Shown one piece after another: positions 35,399-44,885 of a stretch of 64,000 bases of DNA (positions are counted from its first letter, which is position 1; the number at the start of each line of letters is the position of its first letter). The notes below the pieces were generated by a model. The model was not told where the DNA came from, made no database searches, and saw only the letters and a list, made by a program, of their open reading frames with translations. This DNA is from Fibrobacteria bacterium (GTDB taxonomy: Bacteria > Fibrobacterota > Fibrobacteria > UBA11236), in assembly GCA_050486505.1 (NCBI GenBank), contig JBJHDK010000004.1:2548-66547 (forward strand), read 5' to 3'. The translations under genes and the position numbers were made by a program.

Positions 35399-37137
35399 GG
35401 ACGGGGGACCAACCCTTCGACTCCACTTCGGTAAACTCAGTGCGATACCCCCAGGACAAGAGCCAGGATGCGGGAGACGAGGAGGGACAAGGAGCACCCC
35501 CAACCTCTTCCCCCCTGCCTACTGCCTACCCAAGGGGCGTCTCTGTCATCATCGTCTCCTACAACGTCCGCGAATTTCTTGATGCCTGCCTGCAGAGCAT
35601 CCGCCACGCTGCGGCGGGTTTCGACGGAAAAATCGAGGTCATCGTGTTCGACAACGACTCGCACGATGGCACTGTATCGCTGCTGCGGCCACGTTGGCCC
35701 GATGTCACCTGGATCGCTTCGGATCGCAACCTCGGCTTCGGATCAGGGTGCAACCGCGGTGCCGCAGTGGCCACGCAAGACCTGCTGCTGTTTCTCAACC
35801 CCGACACCTTGGTTCGCGAAGACACCTTCCGGGTCATGCGCGACTTTTTCTCGGGACGCGGCGACGTGGGGGCGGCCGGCTGCAAGATCGTGAACCGCGA
35901 CGGCAGCCTGCAGGCCGCAGCGAAGCGCAGTTTCCCCTCCCCGCGCGTAGCGGCCTACAAATTCATGGGCCTCGGCAGTCTTTTCCCGAAAAGCCGTGTT
36001 TTCGGCCGCTACAACCTGACCTATCTCGACGAGAACGAGACTCATGAGGTCGACGCGATCTCGGGTTCCTTCATGTGCATGCGCGCCGAAGTGTTCCGCA
36101 AGGCGGGAGGCTTTGACGAGGACTTTTTCATGTACGGGGAAGATCTGGACCTCTGCTTCCGGATCAAATTGTTGGGGCTGCGCAACTACTACCACCCGGC
36201 CACTCAGGTGGTCCACTTCAAGGGCGAGAGCGCGAAAAGCCGTCCCTTCCGGTCCTTCCTGTATTTCCACGAGGCCATGATCCTCTTCGCCCGCAAGCAT
36301 CTTGAACTGCACGCGCTGCCGGGATTCCTGCTGAATGCCGGCATCATCGTCCTGGCCGCGGCCAATTTCATCTCTTCGCGCTTCCGCAAGTGGAGCCGCT
36401 GGCTCGCCGATCTCGTCGTGGTCAACGGAGTGCTCGCTGCGACAGCCTACGCCTACCACAACATCCTCGACATCCGCCACGTCGCGACAGAGTACCCCGG
36501 CATGTATCTGCTGTCGCATTTACTCGTTTCCCTCGCGGTATTGCTTCCCTTCGCCTACATCGGCGAGTACGGCCGTCGCGTCGCACCTCCGCGCGCGGTT
36601 CTGTTCGCAGCCGCAGGCGGATTTCTTGCCTTCTTTTCCTTGAGCTACTTCCTCCACGAGCACGCCTATTCAAGGGTCGTCTTCGGAGTCACGGGTCTCC
36701 TGAGCGTCGCCCTGCTTTCGGGATGGCGCTGGGTTCGGTCGCACGGAGGCAAGCTTTTCCGAAAGCTCATGGACGGTTCCCGGCGCGTCGCCATTCTCGG
36801 AACCGGGGCGCGGGCCCTCGCGCTCGCGGAACTCATCCACTCGGATCGCGTGGAGGGTTATGAATGCGTCGGCTTCATCCATTTTCCAAAGGGCCCGGCG
36901 CCTCCCGAGGTGCGGGCAAGCGTGATCGGCGAAGTCGATTCCCTGCCGGGGTTGTCGAGAAAACTCGACCTCGCCGGAGTCATTGTTGCATTGGAGGGCG
37001 ACGCATACCCCGCGGCACTCGAAATCCTCGCGCAACAGGGCGCGCGAGCACTTGAGGTCAAGGTGCTGCTGGGGCCTCCGGAACCGGGGAAATTCAGCCT
37101 GATCGACCTTAATTTCGCGGATTCCCCGAAACAGTGA
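35395..37137 (+). CDS. Multidomain protein: N-terminal GT2 glycosyltransferase, central polytopic membrane domain, C-terminal CoA-binding-like domain
   Basis: Probable GTG start at 35395 with a GGAGG site 7 nt upstream, overlapping the Dpm1-like stop. GT2 core (VSVIIVSYNV…FDNDSHDGT…GFGSGCNRG…MYGEDLDLCFR) is followed by 5-6 TM helices, then a VAILGTGARALALAELI…ECVGFI…GV domain resembling the N-terminal CoA-binding/Rossmann domain of polysaccharide-biosynthesis sugar transferases. Confidence 0.65.
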   Translation: MRTGDQPFDSTSVNSVRYPQDKSQDAGDEEGQGAPPTSSPLPTAYPRGVSVIIVSYNVREFLDACLQSIRHAAAGFDGKIEVIVFDNDSHDGTVSLLRPRWPDVTWIASDRNLGFGSGCNRGAAVATQDLLLFLNPDTLVREDTFRVMRDFFSGRGDVGAAGCKIVNRDGSLQAAAKRSFPSPRVAAYKFMGLGSLFPKSRVFGRYNLTYLDENETHEVDAISGSFMCMRAEVFRKAGGFDEDFFMYGEDLDLCFRIKLLGLRNYYHPATQVVHFKGESAKSRPFRSFLYFHEAMILFARKHLELHALPGFLLNAGIIVLAAANFISSRFRKWSRWLADLVVVNGVLAATAYAYHNILDIRHVATEYPGMYLLSHLLVSLAVLLPFAYIGEYGRRVAPPRAVLFAAAGGFLAFFSLSYFLHEHAYSRVVFGVTGLLSVALLSGWRWVRSHGGKLFRKLMDGSRRVAILGTGARALALAELIHSDRVEGYECVGFIHFPKGPAPPEVRASVIGEVDSLPGLSRKLDLAGVIVALEGDAYPAALEILAQQGARALEVKVLLGPPEPGKFSLIDLNFADSPKQ

Positions 37138-37231
37138 ACGGACGCTCCTTGCTGGAGCCCCCTTCGACGACTAGGTTTTGGCCTCGCCGCGCGCGTAAAA
37201 AAGCCGCTCACGGCACAGGAAAGGACAGGAC

Positions 37232-38188
37232 ATGCCCGTACCCAAGGGGCCCCATCTCGAGTTCGAACAGCCGGTGGTCGAGCTGGCGATGAAAATCGAG
37301 GATCTCCTCAAGTCAGGTGAAGTGACAGGGTCCGATGTCAAGGCTCTCCAGGTCAAAAAGGAAGCCCTCCAGAAGAAAATCGCGGCGAAACTCTCGCCCT
37401 GGAACCGGATCGAACTGGCCCGGAGAGCGGGCCGCCCATTCACCCTGGATTACGTTCACAGCATCTTCGCCGACTTCGTCGAACTGCATGGCGATCGCCG
37501 CTTCGGGGATGACCCGGCCATGGTTTGCGGTCTCGCGCGCCTCGGTGAGCAAAGTGTCATGATCATCGGCCAGCAAAAGGGCCGCGACACCAAGGAAAGC
37601 ATCCGTCGCAACTTCGGCATGGCTCACCCCGAGGGATATCGCAAGGCCCTGCGCTGCATGAAGCTCGCGGAGAAATTCCGCATCCCGGTGATATCATTCA
37701 TCGACACTCCCGGGGCCTATCCCGGCCTCGGGGCGGAAGAACGAGGGCAGGGTGAGGCCATCGCCCTCAATCTCATGGAAATGGCCGTGCTTCGCGTCCC
37801 CATCATCGCCGTGGTCATCGGGGAAGGAGCCAGCGGGGGTGCACTCGGGATCGGCGTCGGTGACCGCCTGCTCATGCTTGAGAACGCATGGTACGGCGTC
37901 ATCTCTCCGGAATCGTGCAGCGCCATCCTTTGGGGCGACAGCAGCAAGAAACAGGAACTGAGCGGCACCATGAAAATCACTGCTGGGGACCTCAAGAACC
38001 TCAACGTGATCGATCGCATCATCCCCGAGCCCTTGGGCGGAGCCCACTGGGATCCCGATGCGATGTGCGGCACCTTGAAGCAAGTGCTCACGGAAGAGCT
38101 CTCTCTCCTGCGTGATGCCGACATCGAAGCTCTTGTTGAAAAGCGCGGAGCGAAATATGCCGCCATCGCCCAGTTCGCGGAGAAATAG
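37232..38188 (+). CDS. accA: Acetyl-CoA carboxylase carboxyltransferase subunit alpha
   Basis: Canonical AccA sequence (…LDFEQPVVELAMKIEDL…, …FIDTPGAYPGLGAEERGQGEAIA…). Confidence 0.93.
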   Translation: MPVPKGPHLEFEQPVVELAMKIEDLLKSGEVTGSDVKALQVKKEALQKKIAAKLSPWNRIELARRAGRPFTLDYVHSIFADFVELHGDRRFGDDPAMVCGLARLGEQSVMIIGQQKGRDTKESIRRNFGMAHPEGYRKALRCMKLAEKFRIPVISFIDTPGAYPGLGAEERGQGEAIALNLMEMAVLRVPIIAVVIGEGASGGALGIGVGDRLLMLENAWYGVISPESCSAILWGDSSKKQELSGTMKITAGDLKNLNVIDRIIPEPLGGAHWDPDAMCGTLKQVLTEELSLLRDADIEALVEKRGAKYAAIAQFAEK

Positions 38189-38196
38189 GAGGCGTC

Positions 38197-38445
38197 ATGC
38201 TCGACGGGAAACTTCTTGAAATCCTGTGTTGCCCCGAAACACGGCAAGACCTTGCGGTCGCCGGCGACGAGGTCATTTCAGCGCTCAACGCTCGCGTGGA
38301 CGCCGGAACGCTGACAAACCGCGTGGGCGAGCCTGTCCGCGAAAAACTCGATGGCGGCTTGGTACGCGCCGACGGCAAATTTCTCTACCCCGTCCGCGAA
38401 GACATTCCCGTGATGCTCATCGACGAAGCCATCCCGCTCTCCTGA
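38197..38445 (+). CDS. Trm112 family protein (UPF0434)
   Basis: 82-aa protein with LLEILCCPETRQDL…YPVREDIPVMLIDEA, the Trm112/YcaR zinc-finger-like signature. Confidence 0.72.
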   Translation: MLDGKLLEILCCPETRQDLAVAGDEVISALNARVDAGTLTNRVGEPVREKLDGGLVRADGKFLYPVREDIPVMLIDEAIPLS

Positions 38446-38473
38446 AGCCGGCCACGGCAACGCATCCACAGGC

Positions 38474-39148
38474 ATGACACGTCCAGCATCGACTCCGGAT
38501 CAGCACGAGCCTCCAGGAATGGTGGCAGGGTTCGCCCGCACCGCGGAAGCCCTGCACCTGGACGGCGATACCGATGCCGCGCTGCAGTTGCTTGCGGAGG
38601 GAATCCGCCTGCGGCCCCGCGATGTGACGGGGCGTCTCGTGCTCGCGCGCGTCTGCCTCGACAGCGGACGGCGGGGCGAAGCCGTCGAGTGGCTTGAGAG
38701 TGTGTTGCGTGCTGATCCGGACTGCCCGGCGGCTCTCGTACAATTGGCCGAATTGCGCGCCGATGCGGAAACTGCGAGGTACAGAAAACGGGCCCTTGCG
38801 CGCGAGCCTTGGGACGAATCCGAAAGTCTTTCCACGAACACGCCGAATGTCGACCAGACACCCGCGAGCCCCGAACTCGAGTCGGCTCCCGCACCGATAC
38901 CCCATGTTCTACCCGTGCAAGAGGACGAGGAGCTTCCCGAAGACGAAGATCCCGCAAATCTTCCGCACATTGCCACGGCCACTCTGGCCGAGATATATTT
39001 CCAGCAGGGCCTGAAAGAGCAGGCAGCGCAAATTTACCGCCTGATTTTGGAGCGGCATCCAGGGGACGCTTCCGCGAGGGAACGCCTTGAGGTGATTGAA
39101 ACTTCCATTGAGGGGCCCGCTCCGCGGGCAACGGACGAAAACGGTTAG
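38474..39148 (+). CDS. TPR repeat-containing protein
   Basis: 224-aa protein with TPR-like N-terminal helices and an acidic middle section. It sits between the Trm112-like gene and accB. Confidence 0.55.
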   Translation: MTRPASTPDQHEPPGMVAGFARTAEALHLDGDTDAALQLLAEGIRLRPRDVTGRLVLARVCLDSGRRGEAVEWLESVLRADPDCPAALVQLAELRADAETARYRKRALAREPWDESESLSTNTPNVDQTPASPELESAPAPIPHVLPVQEDEELPEDEDPANLPHIATATLAEIYFQQGLKEQAAQIYRLILERHPGDASARERLEVIETSIEGPAPRATDENG

Positions 39149-39174
39149 CTCCGGTTTCTGAAGGGGATTCCAGC

Positions 39175-39654
39175 ATGCAACTTTCCGATGTATCGAACCT
39201 GGTCAAATTGCTCGACAAGAGCGGACTCGCCGAGCTGAGGTTCAGCGACGGAACGTTCAACCTGGTCCTCAAGAAAGAATCCCGCCACGCCCCCGTTGCC
39301 CAGATCGTTCACGCAGCCGCCCCGGCGGCACCTGCGGCCGCACCGGCCGCCCCCACTGCGACTCCCGTGTCTTCGGCTCCGCCCCCCGCGCCCGAAAAAG
39401 CCTCCGGGCCCGCACTCAAGGAAATCACTTCACCGATGGTCGGCACCTTTTATGCCAGCTCGTCTCCGGGAAGCCCCGCCTTCGCGCAGGTCGGCACGGT
39501 GGTGAAGCCAGGCCAGGTGCTCTGCATCATCGAAGCCATGAAGATCATGAACGAAATCGAATCCGACATCTCGGGCGAAATCGTCGAGGTCTGCGTTTCG
39601 AACGAGACCCCGGTCGAGTACGGCACCGTGCTCTACCGCGTCCGCCCCGCGTAG
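39175..39654 (+). CDS. accB: Acetyl-CoA carboxylase biotin carboxyl carrier protein
   Basis: Ala/Pro-rich linker followed by a biotinyl domain carrying the EAMKIMNEIE motif. Confidence 0.9.
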   Translation: MQLSDVSNLVKLLDKSGLAELRFSDGTFNLVLKKESRHAPVAQIVHAAAPAAPAAAPAAPTATPVSSAPPPAPEKASGPALKEITSPMVGTFYASSSPGSPAFAQVGTVVKPGQVLCIIEAMKIMNEIESDISGEIVEVCVSNETPVEYGTVLYRVRPA

Positions 39655-39666
39655 GGCGATTCATTT

Positions 39667-41058
39667 TTGCCCCGCAAGGGCGCACGCGAACGGAGAATCA
39701 CGTTGTTCAAGAAAATCCTGGTCGCCAATCGCGGCGAGATCGCCCTGCGCGTCATCCGCACCTGCAAGGAGATGGGCATCGCCACGGTGGCCCTGCACTC
39801 CACCGCCGACACGCACTCGATGCACGTGTACCAGGCCGAGGAAGACATCTGCATCGGTCCCCCGAACAGCAAGCAAAGTTATCTGAACATGCGGCAGATC
39901 CTTTCCGCTGCCGAGTTGACCAACGCAGATGCCGTGCACCCGGGCTACGGGTTTCTCTCCGAGAATGCCCGCTTCGCGGAAGTCTGCCGCGACAACAAGC
40001 TGGTGTTCATCGGCCCGACTCCCGAAGTGATCCGCAGCATGGGCGACAAGGCCCAGGCCAAGGCCACCATGCGCAAGGCGAAGGTGCCCGTCATTCCCGG
40101 CTCGCAAGGCCTGGTGAAGTCGCTGGATGATGCTCTCAGCGAGGCATCTAAGGTCGGGTATCCCGTGATCGTGAAAGCTTCGGCCGGCGGCGGCGGGCGT
40201 GGCATGCGCATGGCGCGCAACGCAGAGGAACTGAAAAAGCTTTATCCCGTGGCCGCTTCCGAGGCGCAGGCATGCTTCGGCAATAACGACCTTTACTTGG
40301 AACGCTTCTTCACCGAGCCGCGCCACGTCGAAATCCAGCTCATCGGCGACCAGCACGGCAACATGGTTCACTTGGGTGAGCGCGACTGCTCGGTGCAGCG
40401 CCGCCACCAGAAGCTGATCGAGGAGAGCCCCAGCCCCGCCGTCACGCCCGAGATCCGCAAGCGGATGGGCGAGATCGCCGCCAAGGGCGCGCTCGAAGCG
40501 GGCTACCACAACGCCGGCACCATCGAGTTCCTCTACGATACCGACAACTCGTTCTACTTCATGGAAATGAACACGCGCATCCAGGTCGAGCATCCGGTAA
40601 CCGAGTGCGTCACGGGCATCGACCTCATCCGCGCGCAGGTCATGGTCGCGGCGGGCGAGAAGCTTCCCTTCACGCAGGACGACGTGCGCTTCGACGGGCA
40701 CGCGATCGAGTGCCGCATCAATGCCGAGGATCCGTTCAACGACTTCCGGCCCTCGCCCGGGACCCTGCAAACCTTCCATCTTCCCGGCGGGCCCGGCGTG
40801 CGCGTGGACACCCACTGCTACAGCGGCTATACCGTGCCCCCCCATTACGACAGCATGATCGCCAAGCTGATCGTGCACGCTCCGACCCGCAAGGAGGCGA
40901 TCGCGCGGATGCTGCGCGCGCTCGACGAGTTCGTGATCGAGGGTGTGAAGACCACGATCCCGCTGCACAAGCGCATCCTGAAGCATCCGCAGTTCGCCAA
41001 GGGCGAGTACACGACCAAATTCCTCGAGCTGTTCCCGGAGCTGCTGGTCGGGGAGTGA
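39667..41058 (+). CDS. accC: Acetyl-CoA carboxylase biotin carboxylase subunit
   Basis: ATP-grasp biotin carboxylase (…[23 protein letters not shown]…, …[17 protein letters not shown]…). The true start is probably TTG 39703 ([12 protein letters not shown]). Confidence 0.93.
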   Translation: MPRKGARERRITLFKKILVANRGEIALRVIRTCKEMGIATVALHSTADTHSMHVYQAEEDICIGPPNSKQSYLNMRQILSAAELTNADAVHPGYGFLSENARFAEVCRDNKLVFIGPTPEVIRSMGDKAQAKATMRKAKVPVIPGSQGLVKSLDDALSEASKVGYPVIVKASAGGGGRGMRMARNAEELKKLYPVAASEAQACFGNNDLYLERFFTEPRHVEIQLIGDQHGNMVHLGERDCSVQRRHQKLIEESPSPAVTPEIRKRMGEIAAKGALEAGYHNAGTIEFLYDTDNSFYFMEMNTRIQVEHPVTECVTGIDLIRAQVMVAAGEKLPFTQDDVRFDGHAIECRINAEDPFNDFRPSPGTLQTFHLPGGPGVRVDTHCYSGYTVPPHYDSMIAKLIVHAPTRKEAIARMLRALDEFVIEGVKTTIPLHKRILKHPQFAKGEYTTKFLELFPELLVGE

Positions 41059-41114
41059 CCCTACACGGGGAGGCGACGGCGACGAAAACCCCCCGTTTTC
41101 TAGCTTTGCCCTCC

Positions 41115-42089
41115 ATGTCCAACCGCAGCATCTCCACAGCCGCCGAACTCCGCGGCGTGTGGCCCGCCCTCTTCACCCCCCTCAAGAACGACGACCCCAA
41201 GCGGCTGCGCAACTCGATTGATTTCGACAAGGCGAAGTCGATGATCGATGATTTGATCGCAGCCGGAGTCAGCGGTCTCGTTCCGGTTGGCACCACGGGT
41301 CAGAGTCCCACGGTCAGCCCCGAGCAACACCTTGAGATGATCCGGTTCACCGTGGATTATGTGGGGGGCCGCGTTCCGGTCATCGCCGGGGCGGGGTCCA
41401 ATTCGACCCGCGAGTCGGTCGACATGATCCAGCAAATCCAAAAATCCCTGGGTGACATGGCCGTGCTCTGCGTCACCGGCTACTACAACAACCCGCCGCA
41501 AGAGGGGCTCATCGCGCACTTCGAAACGCTCTCGCGCGAGAGCGGGGCGAAAATCGTGGTGTACAACGTGCCCTCGCGCACGGCGAGCTACCTGGAGGCG
41601 GATACCTTGATCCGACTCGCCGCCGACCCGAACATCATCGGCCTCAAGCAGGCGGTCGACTTCCGCAGCGCGGGCAAGTACCGTGAAGACACCATCCGCG
41701 TCATCGCGGAAACAAAGGGGCTCGATTTCACCACGGTGAGCGGCGAAGACGACGGCGTGGCAGCCATCCTCGAGCTTGGCGGCAGCGGTGTCATCACCGC
41801 TTCGGGAAACATCCCCGAGCTGTCCGGACTGTTCCTCAAGATCGTGGCGGCCCACGAAGCTGGCAAGCCCGACGAAGCGAAGCGCCTGCAGGAGGCCTCC
41901 ATGGAGTTCGTGCGGAGGGTGTTCTCCCGCAAGAACCCGATTGTTTTGGGGACGTTGTTCAACTCACCGCTGTTCCTGCCGCTGGTCTCGGTGCGCGAAA
42001 CGGTGGATGGGGAGGCGCTGGAAAAGGAACTGCTGCAGTTCATCCGCGACAAGGCGCCGTCGCTCAAGAAGTACCACACCGGAATGTAG
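41115..42089 (+). CDS. Dihydrodipicolinate synthase family protein (DapA/NanA-like class I aldolase)
   Basis: Start at ATG 41115 (MSNRSISTAAELRGVWPALFTPL…GLVPVGTTGQSPTVS…VIAGAGSNSTRESV…). The track's 494-aa ORF is an upstream frame artefact. Confidence 0.8.
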   Translation: MSNRSISTAAELRGVWPALFTPLKNDDPKRLRNSIDFDKAKSMIDDLIAAGVSGLVPVGTTGQSPTVSPEQHLEMIRFTVDYVGGRVPVIAGAGSNSTRESVDMIQQIQKSLGDMAVLCVTGYYNNPPQEGLIAHFETLSRESGAKIVVYNVPSRTASYLEADTLIRLAADPNIIGLKQAVDFRSAGKYREDTIRVIAETKGLDFTTVSGEDDGVAAILELGGSGVITASGNIPELSGLFLKIVAAHEAGKPDEAKRLQEASMEFVRRVFSRKNPIVLGTLFNSPLFLPLVSVRETVDGEALEKELLQFIRDKAPSLKKYHTGM

Positions 42090-42148
42090 GGCGAGCCTCC
42101 CGGTCTTCGCCGGGATGACGAGCTCGCCCGGACGGCGCCCGTCCCCTT

Positions 42149-42340
42149 CTAATCATCCTCCCGCGACACATCGACGCGGGGATTCCCCCGCTCATCCACC
42201 CTCACGGCGAACTCGATCGGACGACAGCACACCTGGCAGTCTTCGACATACTCCTGCCTCTCCACCGAGAGATCGATTTCGATGCGGATGGTTTCCCCGC
42301 AATAGGGGCAACCGACGGGAACCATTTTCAATCCGTCCAT
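42149..42340 (-). CDS. CPXCG motif-containing cysteine-rich small protein (zinc ribbon)
   Basis: MDGLKMVPVGCPYCGETIRIEIDL…EDCQVCCRPIEF: two CxxC pairs in a 63-aa protein. It is convergent with the DapA-like gene. Confidence 0.55.
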   Translation of the reverse strand: MDGLKMVPVGCPYCGETIRIEIDLSVERQEYVEDCQVCCRPIEFAVRVDERGNPRVDVSREDD

Positions 42341-42390
42341 ACGGATCAACGTAAAAAGCCGCGGCGCGATAGCGCCAAGACGCCAAGCCG

Positions 42391-43179
42391 CTACACCCCC
42401 ACGATCGTCCCGGCATTCAACGCGCCGGTGATCTGGTCCTCCAGCGCCTGCGCGTCGGAGAATCCGCAGATGTGAACCTCGCCCACACCTGCTTCCACGG
42501 CAGCAAGACACGACCGCACCTTCGGAATCATCCCCCCGGCAATCACGCCATCACGGATCAACGCTTCGGCGGACTCGCGGTTCAGGTGCGGCACGATTTG
42601 TTTGGATCCATCGAGCACGCCGGGCACATCGGAAACGAACACAAGCTTTGCCGCTTTCATTCCCGTCGCGATGGCTGCCGCCGCATCATCGGCATTGACG
42701 TTGTAATGCAACCCGGCCACGTCCGCCGAGACCGGGGACAACACGGGCAAAAAGCGCGCGGCGATCAGCGCCTCGACAAGCGCGGGCCGTGCCTGCGCGA
42801 TCGTGCCGACGCGGCCGAGCTCGGGATCGAGCGGCCGACACACCAAGGTGGAACCGTCGACACCGCTGAGCCCGCACGCCCGTGCGCCCGAGGATTGCAG
42901 CAGCGACACCAGCCGCTTGTTCACCAAGCCGCTCAACGTCATCTCCACCACATCAATCGCGGCCTCGGAAGTGACGCGCAACCCGTTCTTGAAGTGCGGC
43001 TCCTCACCGAGCCACTGCAAGTGACGATTGATGTCCTTGCCGCCGCCGTGAGCAAGTACCAGCGGCATGCCCGCGGTCCAAAGCTCCGCGAGCGCCTTGG
43101 CCAAGCCGCCCAGGGCCTCCGGGCTCTCCATCATGGAACCGCCGATTTTGATGACGACGGGGAGATTCGAAGAAGTCAT
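42391..43179 (-). CDS. argB: Acetylglutamate kinase
   Basis: Start at ATG 43179 (MTSSNLPVVIKIGGSMM…LVLAHGGG…). Amino-acid-kinase family, 262 aa. Confidence 0.9.
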   Translation of the reverse strand: MTSSNLPVVIKIGGSMMESPEALGGLAKALAELWTAGMPLVLAHGGGKDINRHLQWLGEEPHFKNGLRVTSEAAIDVVEMTLSGLVNKRLVSLLQSSGARACGLSGVDGSTLVCRPLDPELGRVGTIAQARPALVEALIAARFLPVLSPVSADVAGLHYNVNADDAAAAIATGMKAAKLVFVSDVPGVLDGSKQIVPHLNRESAEALIRDGVIAGGMIPKVRSCLAAVEAGVGEVHICGFSDAQALEDQITGALNAGTIVGV

Positions 43180-43398
43180 GGGGCGAAAAGGTAGGTAGGG
43201 AACATCAAGAGGAAACAGAGGCCGAGCAAACAGGGGCGCCGGAGCTCCGGGCGAGCGAGAGCAGGAGGACCGAGGGAGCCGTACCGGATGTACGGCGACC
43301 GATGGCCGACGCACGATCGCGACGCCCGCAGCCCGGCGAAACGGCAGCGTGCTCGCCCTTCCGTATTTTTGTCGCCGAACTTTTCCGCACGCTTTGCG

Positions 43399-44430
43399 TT
43401 AAATCAGTCCTGCAGTCTCTTCCATCCCGAACATGATGTTCAGGTTCTGCACCGCCTGCCCCGACGCCCCCTTCACCATGTTGTCGATCACCGACACGAT
43501 GATGATGCGGTTCGTGTTCGCGGGCTGGTACACCTTGAAGCGGCACTCGTTCGACCGCGTCACGTCTCCGGTGCGGGGATAATCCTTCGCCGGCCGCACG
43601 AAGGGCATGTTGCCGTAGGTCTTGTTCCACACGTTCTCGACATCGGCGGCGGACTTGCCTTCGGCAAGCTCGGCGTAAATCGTCGACAGGATCCCCCGCT
43701 CCATGGGCACGAGATGGGGCGTGAACAGGGGCGACACGGAGCCCCCCGCCGCGAGGGACAATTGCTCCGCGATCTCGGGGAGATGCCGGTGTTGGTCCCC
43801 CACCTTGTACGCGGAAAAATTTTCGTTCACGAAAAAGAAATGCGTGCCTTCCGTGGCCTTGCGCCCCGCGCCGGACACACCCGACTTGGAGTCCGCGATG
43901 ATGCCTTCCCGCCGGATCACGCCGTCGTGCAGCAAAGGCACGAGCGGCAGCAGGATCGATGTCGGGTAGCAGCCGGGGTTCGCCACCAGCCTGGCACCAG
44001 TGATGTGCCGCCGATTGATCTCGGAGAGGCCGTACACCGCCTCCTTGAGCCGCGCGGGATGGGGGTGGGCATGGGCGTAGGTCTTGCCGTAGACCTCGGC
44101 ATCTGAAAGCCGGTAATCGGCGGACAGGTCGACGACCCGGGTTTTGCCGTTGGCGAGAAACGGTTCGATGGCTTCCGCGGAGGCAGCGTGCGGGAGGCAG
44201 GAAAAGACTGCATCGGGCGACGTCTTCCAGGCGTCCTGCATCGAAATCAGCCGCTCGGCCGTTTCCGGAAGCCTGCCGGCGAATTGGGGGTATACGCCTG
44301 CATACTCCGCGCCTGCCTGGGACTCGGACGACATCCACGCGATCTTGACCCCCGGGTGCCGCAACAGCAACCGGACCAGCTCGGCCCCGGTCAACCCGGT
44401 GGCACCCAGAATTCCCACGGTAAGTTTCAT
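43399..44430 (-). CDS. argC: N-acetyl-gamma-glutamyl-phosphate reductase
   Basis: MKLTVGILGATGLTGAELVRLL… and the catalytic Cys region (…ANPGCYPTS…). 343 aa. Confidence 0.93.
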   Translation of the reverse strand: MKLTVGILGATGLTGAELVRLLLRHPGVKIAWMSSESQAGAEYAGVYPQFAGRLPETAERLISMQDAWKTSPDAVFSCLPHAASAEAIEPFLANGKTRVVDLSADYRLSDAEVYGKTYAHAHPHPARLKEAVYGLSEINRRHITGARLVANPGCYPTSILLPLVPLLHDGVIRREGIIADSKSGVSGAGRKATEGTHFFFVNENFSAYKVGDQHRHLPEIAEQLSLAAGGSVSPLFTPHLVPMERGILSTIYAELAEGKSAADVENVWNKTYGNMPFVRPAKDYPRTGDVTRSNECRFKVYQPANTNRIIIVSVIDNMVKGASGQAVQNLNIMFGMEETAGLI

Positions 44431-44651
44431 GGGGGCAAATTTAGCACCCGCGGCATCGGATCCGGCCTTTTACAAGATTTTACGCGGATTGCAGCGCACT
44501 CCAAGTTGCATCGGCGTTCCGTTTCAAGTAATTTTACCCCTTAGAAACGGGACGAAAAATACGGGGTTTTGCGCCTTTACGGCAGTCGGTAAACGTTTCC
44601 CGCAATCAGACAACGCACAAGCAAGCGCGCAAAATCCAAGGAGAAGAGAGA

Positions 44652-44882
44652 ATGGCAACCGTTACCAAGGTCTGGCTGGATGAGTCCGAGAACGAGTGCA
44701 CCATGTGTGGTGCCTGCGAGGCGACTTGCCCCGAAGTCTTCGAAGTTCCCGAGAAGATGATTGTCGTCGACGGAGCCGACCTGTCGCTCACCGATCAAAT
44801 CGTCGAGTCGGCCGAAGGCTGCCCCGTCGGTACCATCGCGATCGAGTACGACAACAGCGGCAAGCGCGACAATCCGATGTAA
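44652..44882 (+). CDS. Ferredoxin-like small iron-sulfur protein
   Basis: 76-aa protein with CTMCGACEATCP…EGCPVG. A strong AAGGAG ribosome-binding site lies 6 nt upstream. Confidence 0.68.
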   Translation: MATVTKVWLDESENECTMCGACEATCPEVFEVPEKMIVVDGADLSLTDQIVESAEGCPVGTIAIEYDNSGKRDNPM

Positions 44883-44885
44883 GAC

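Noticed and set aside
40605-42089. 494-aa ORF extending upstream of the DapA-like gene
   Set aside because: The upstream 170 aa overlap accC in another frame. The DapA homology starts at ATG 41115.
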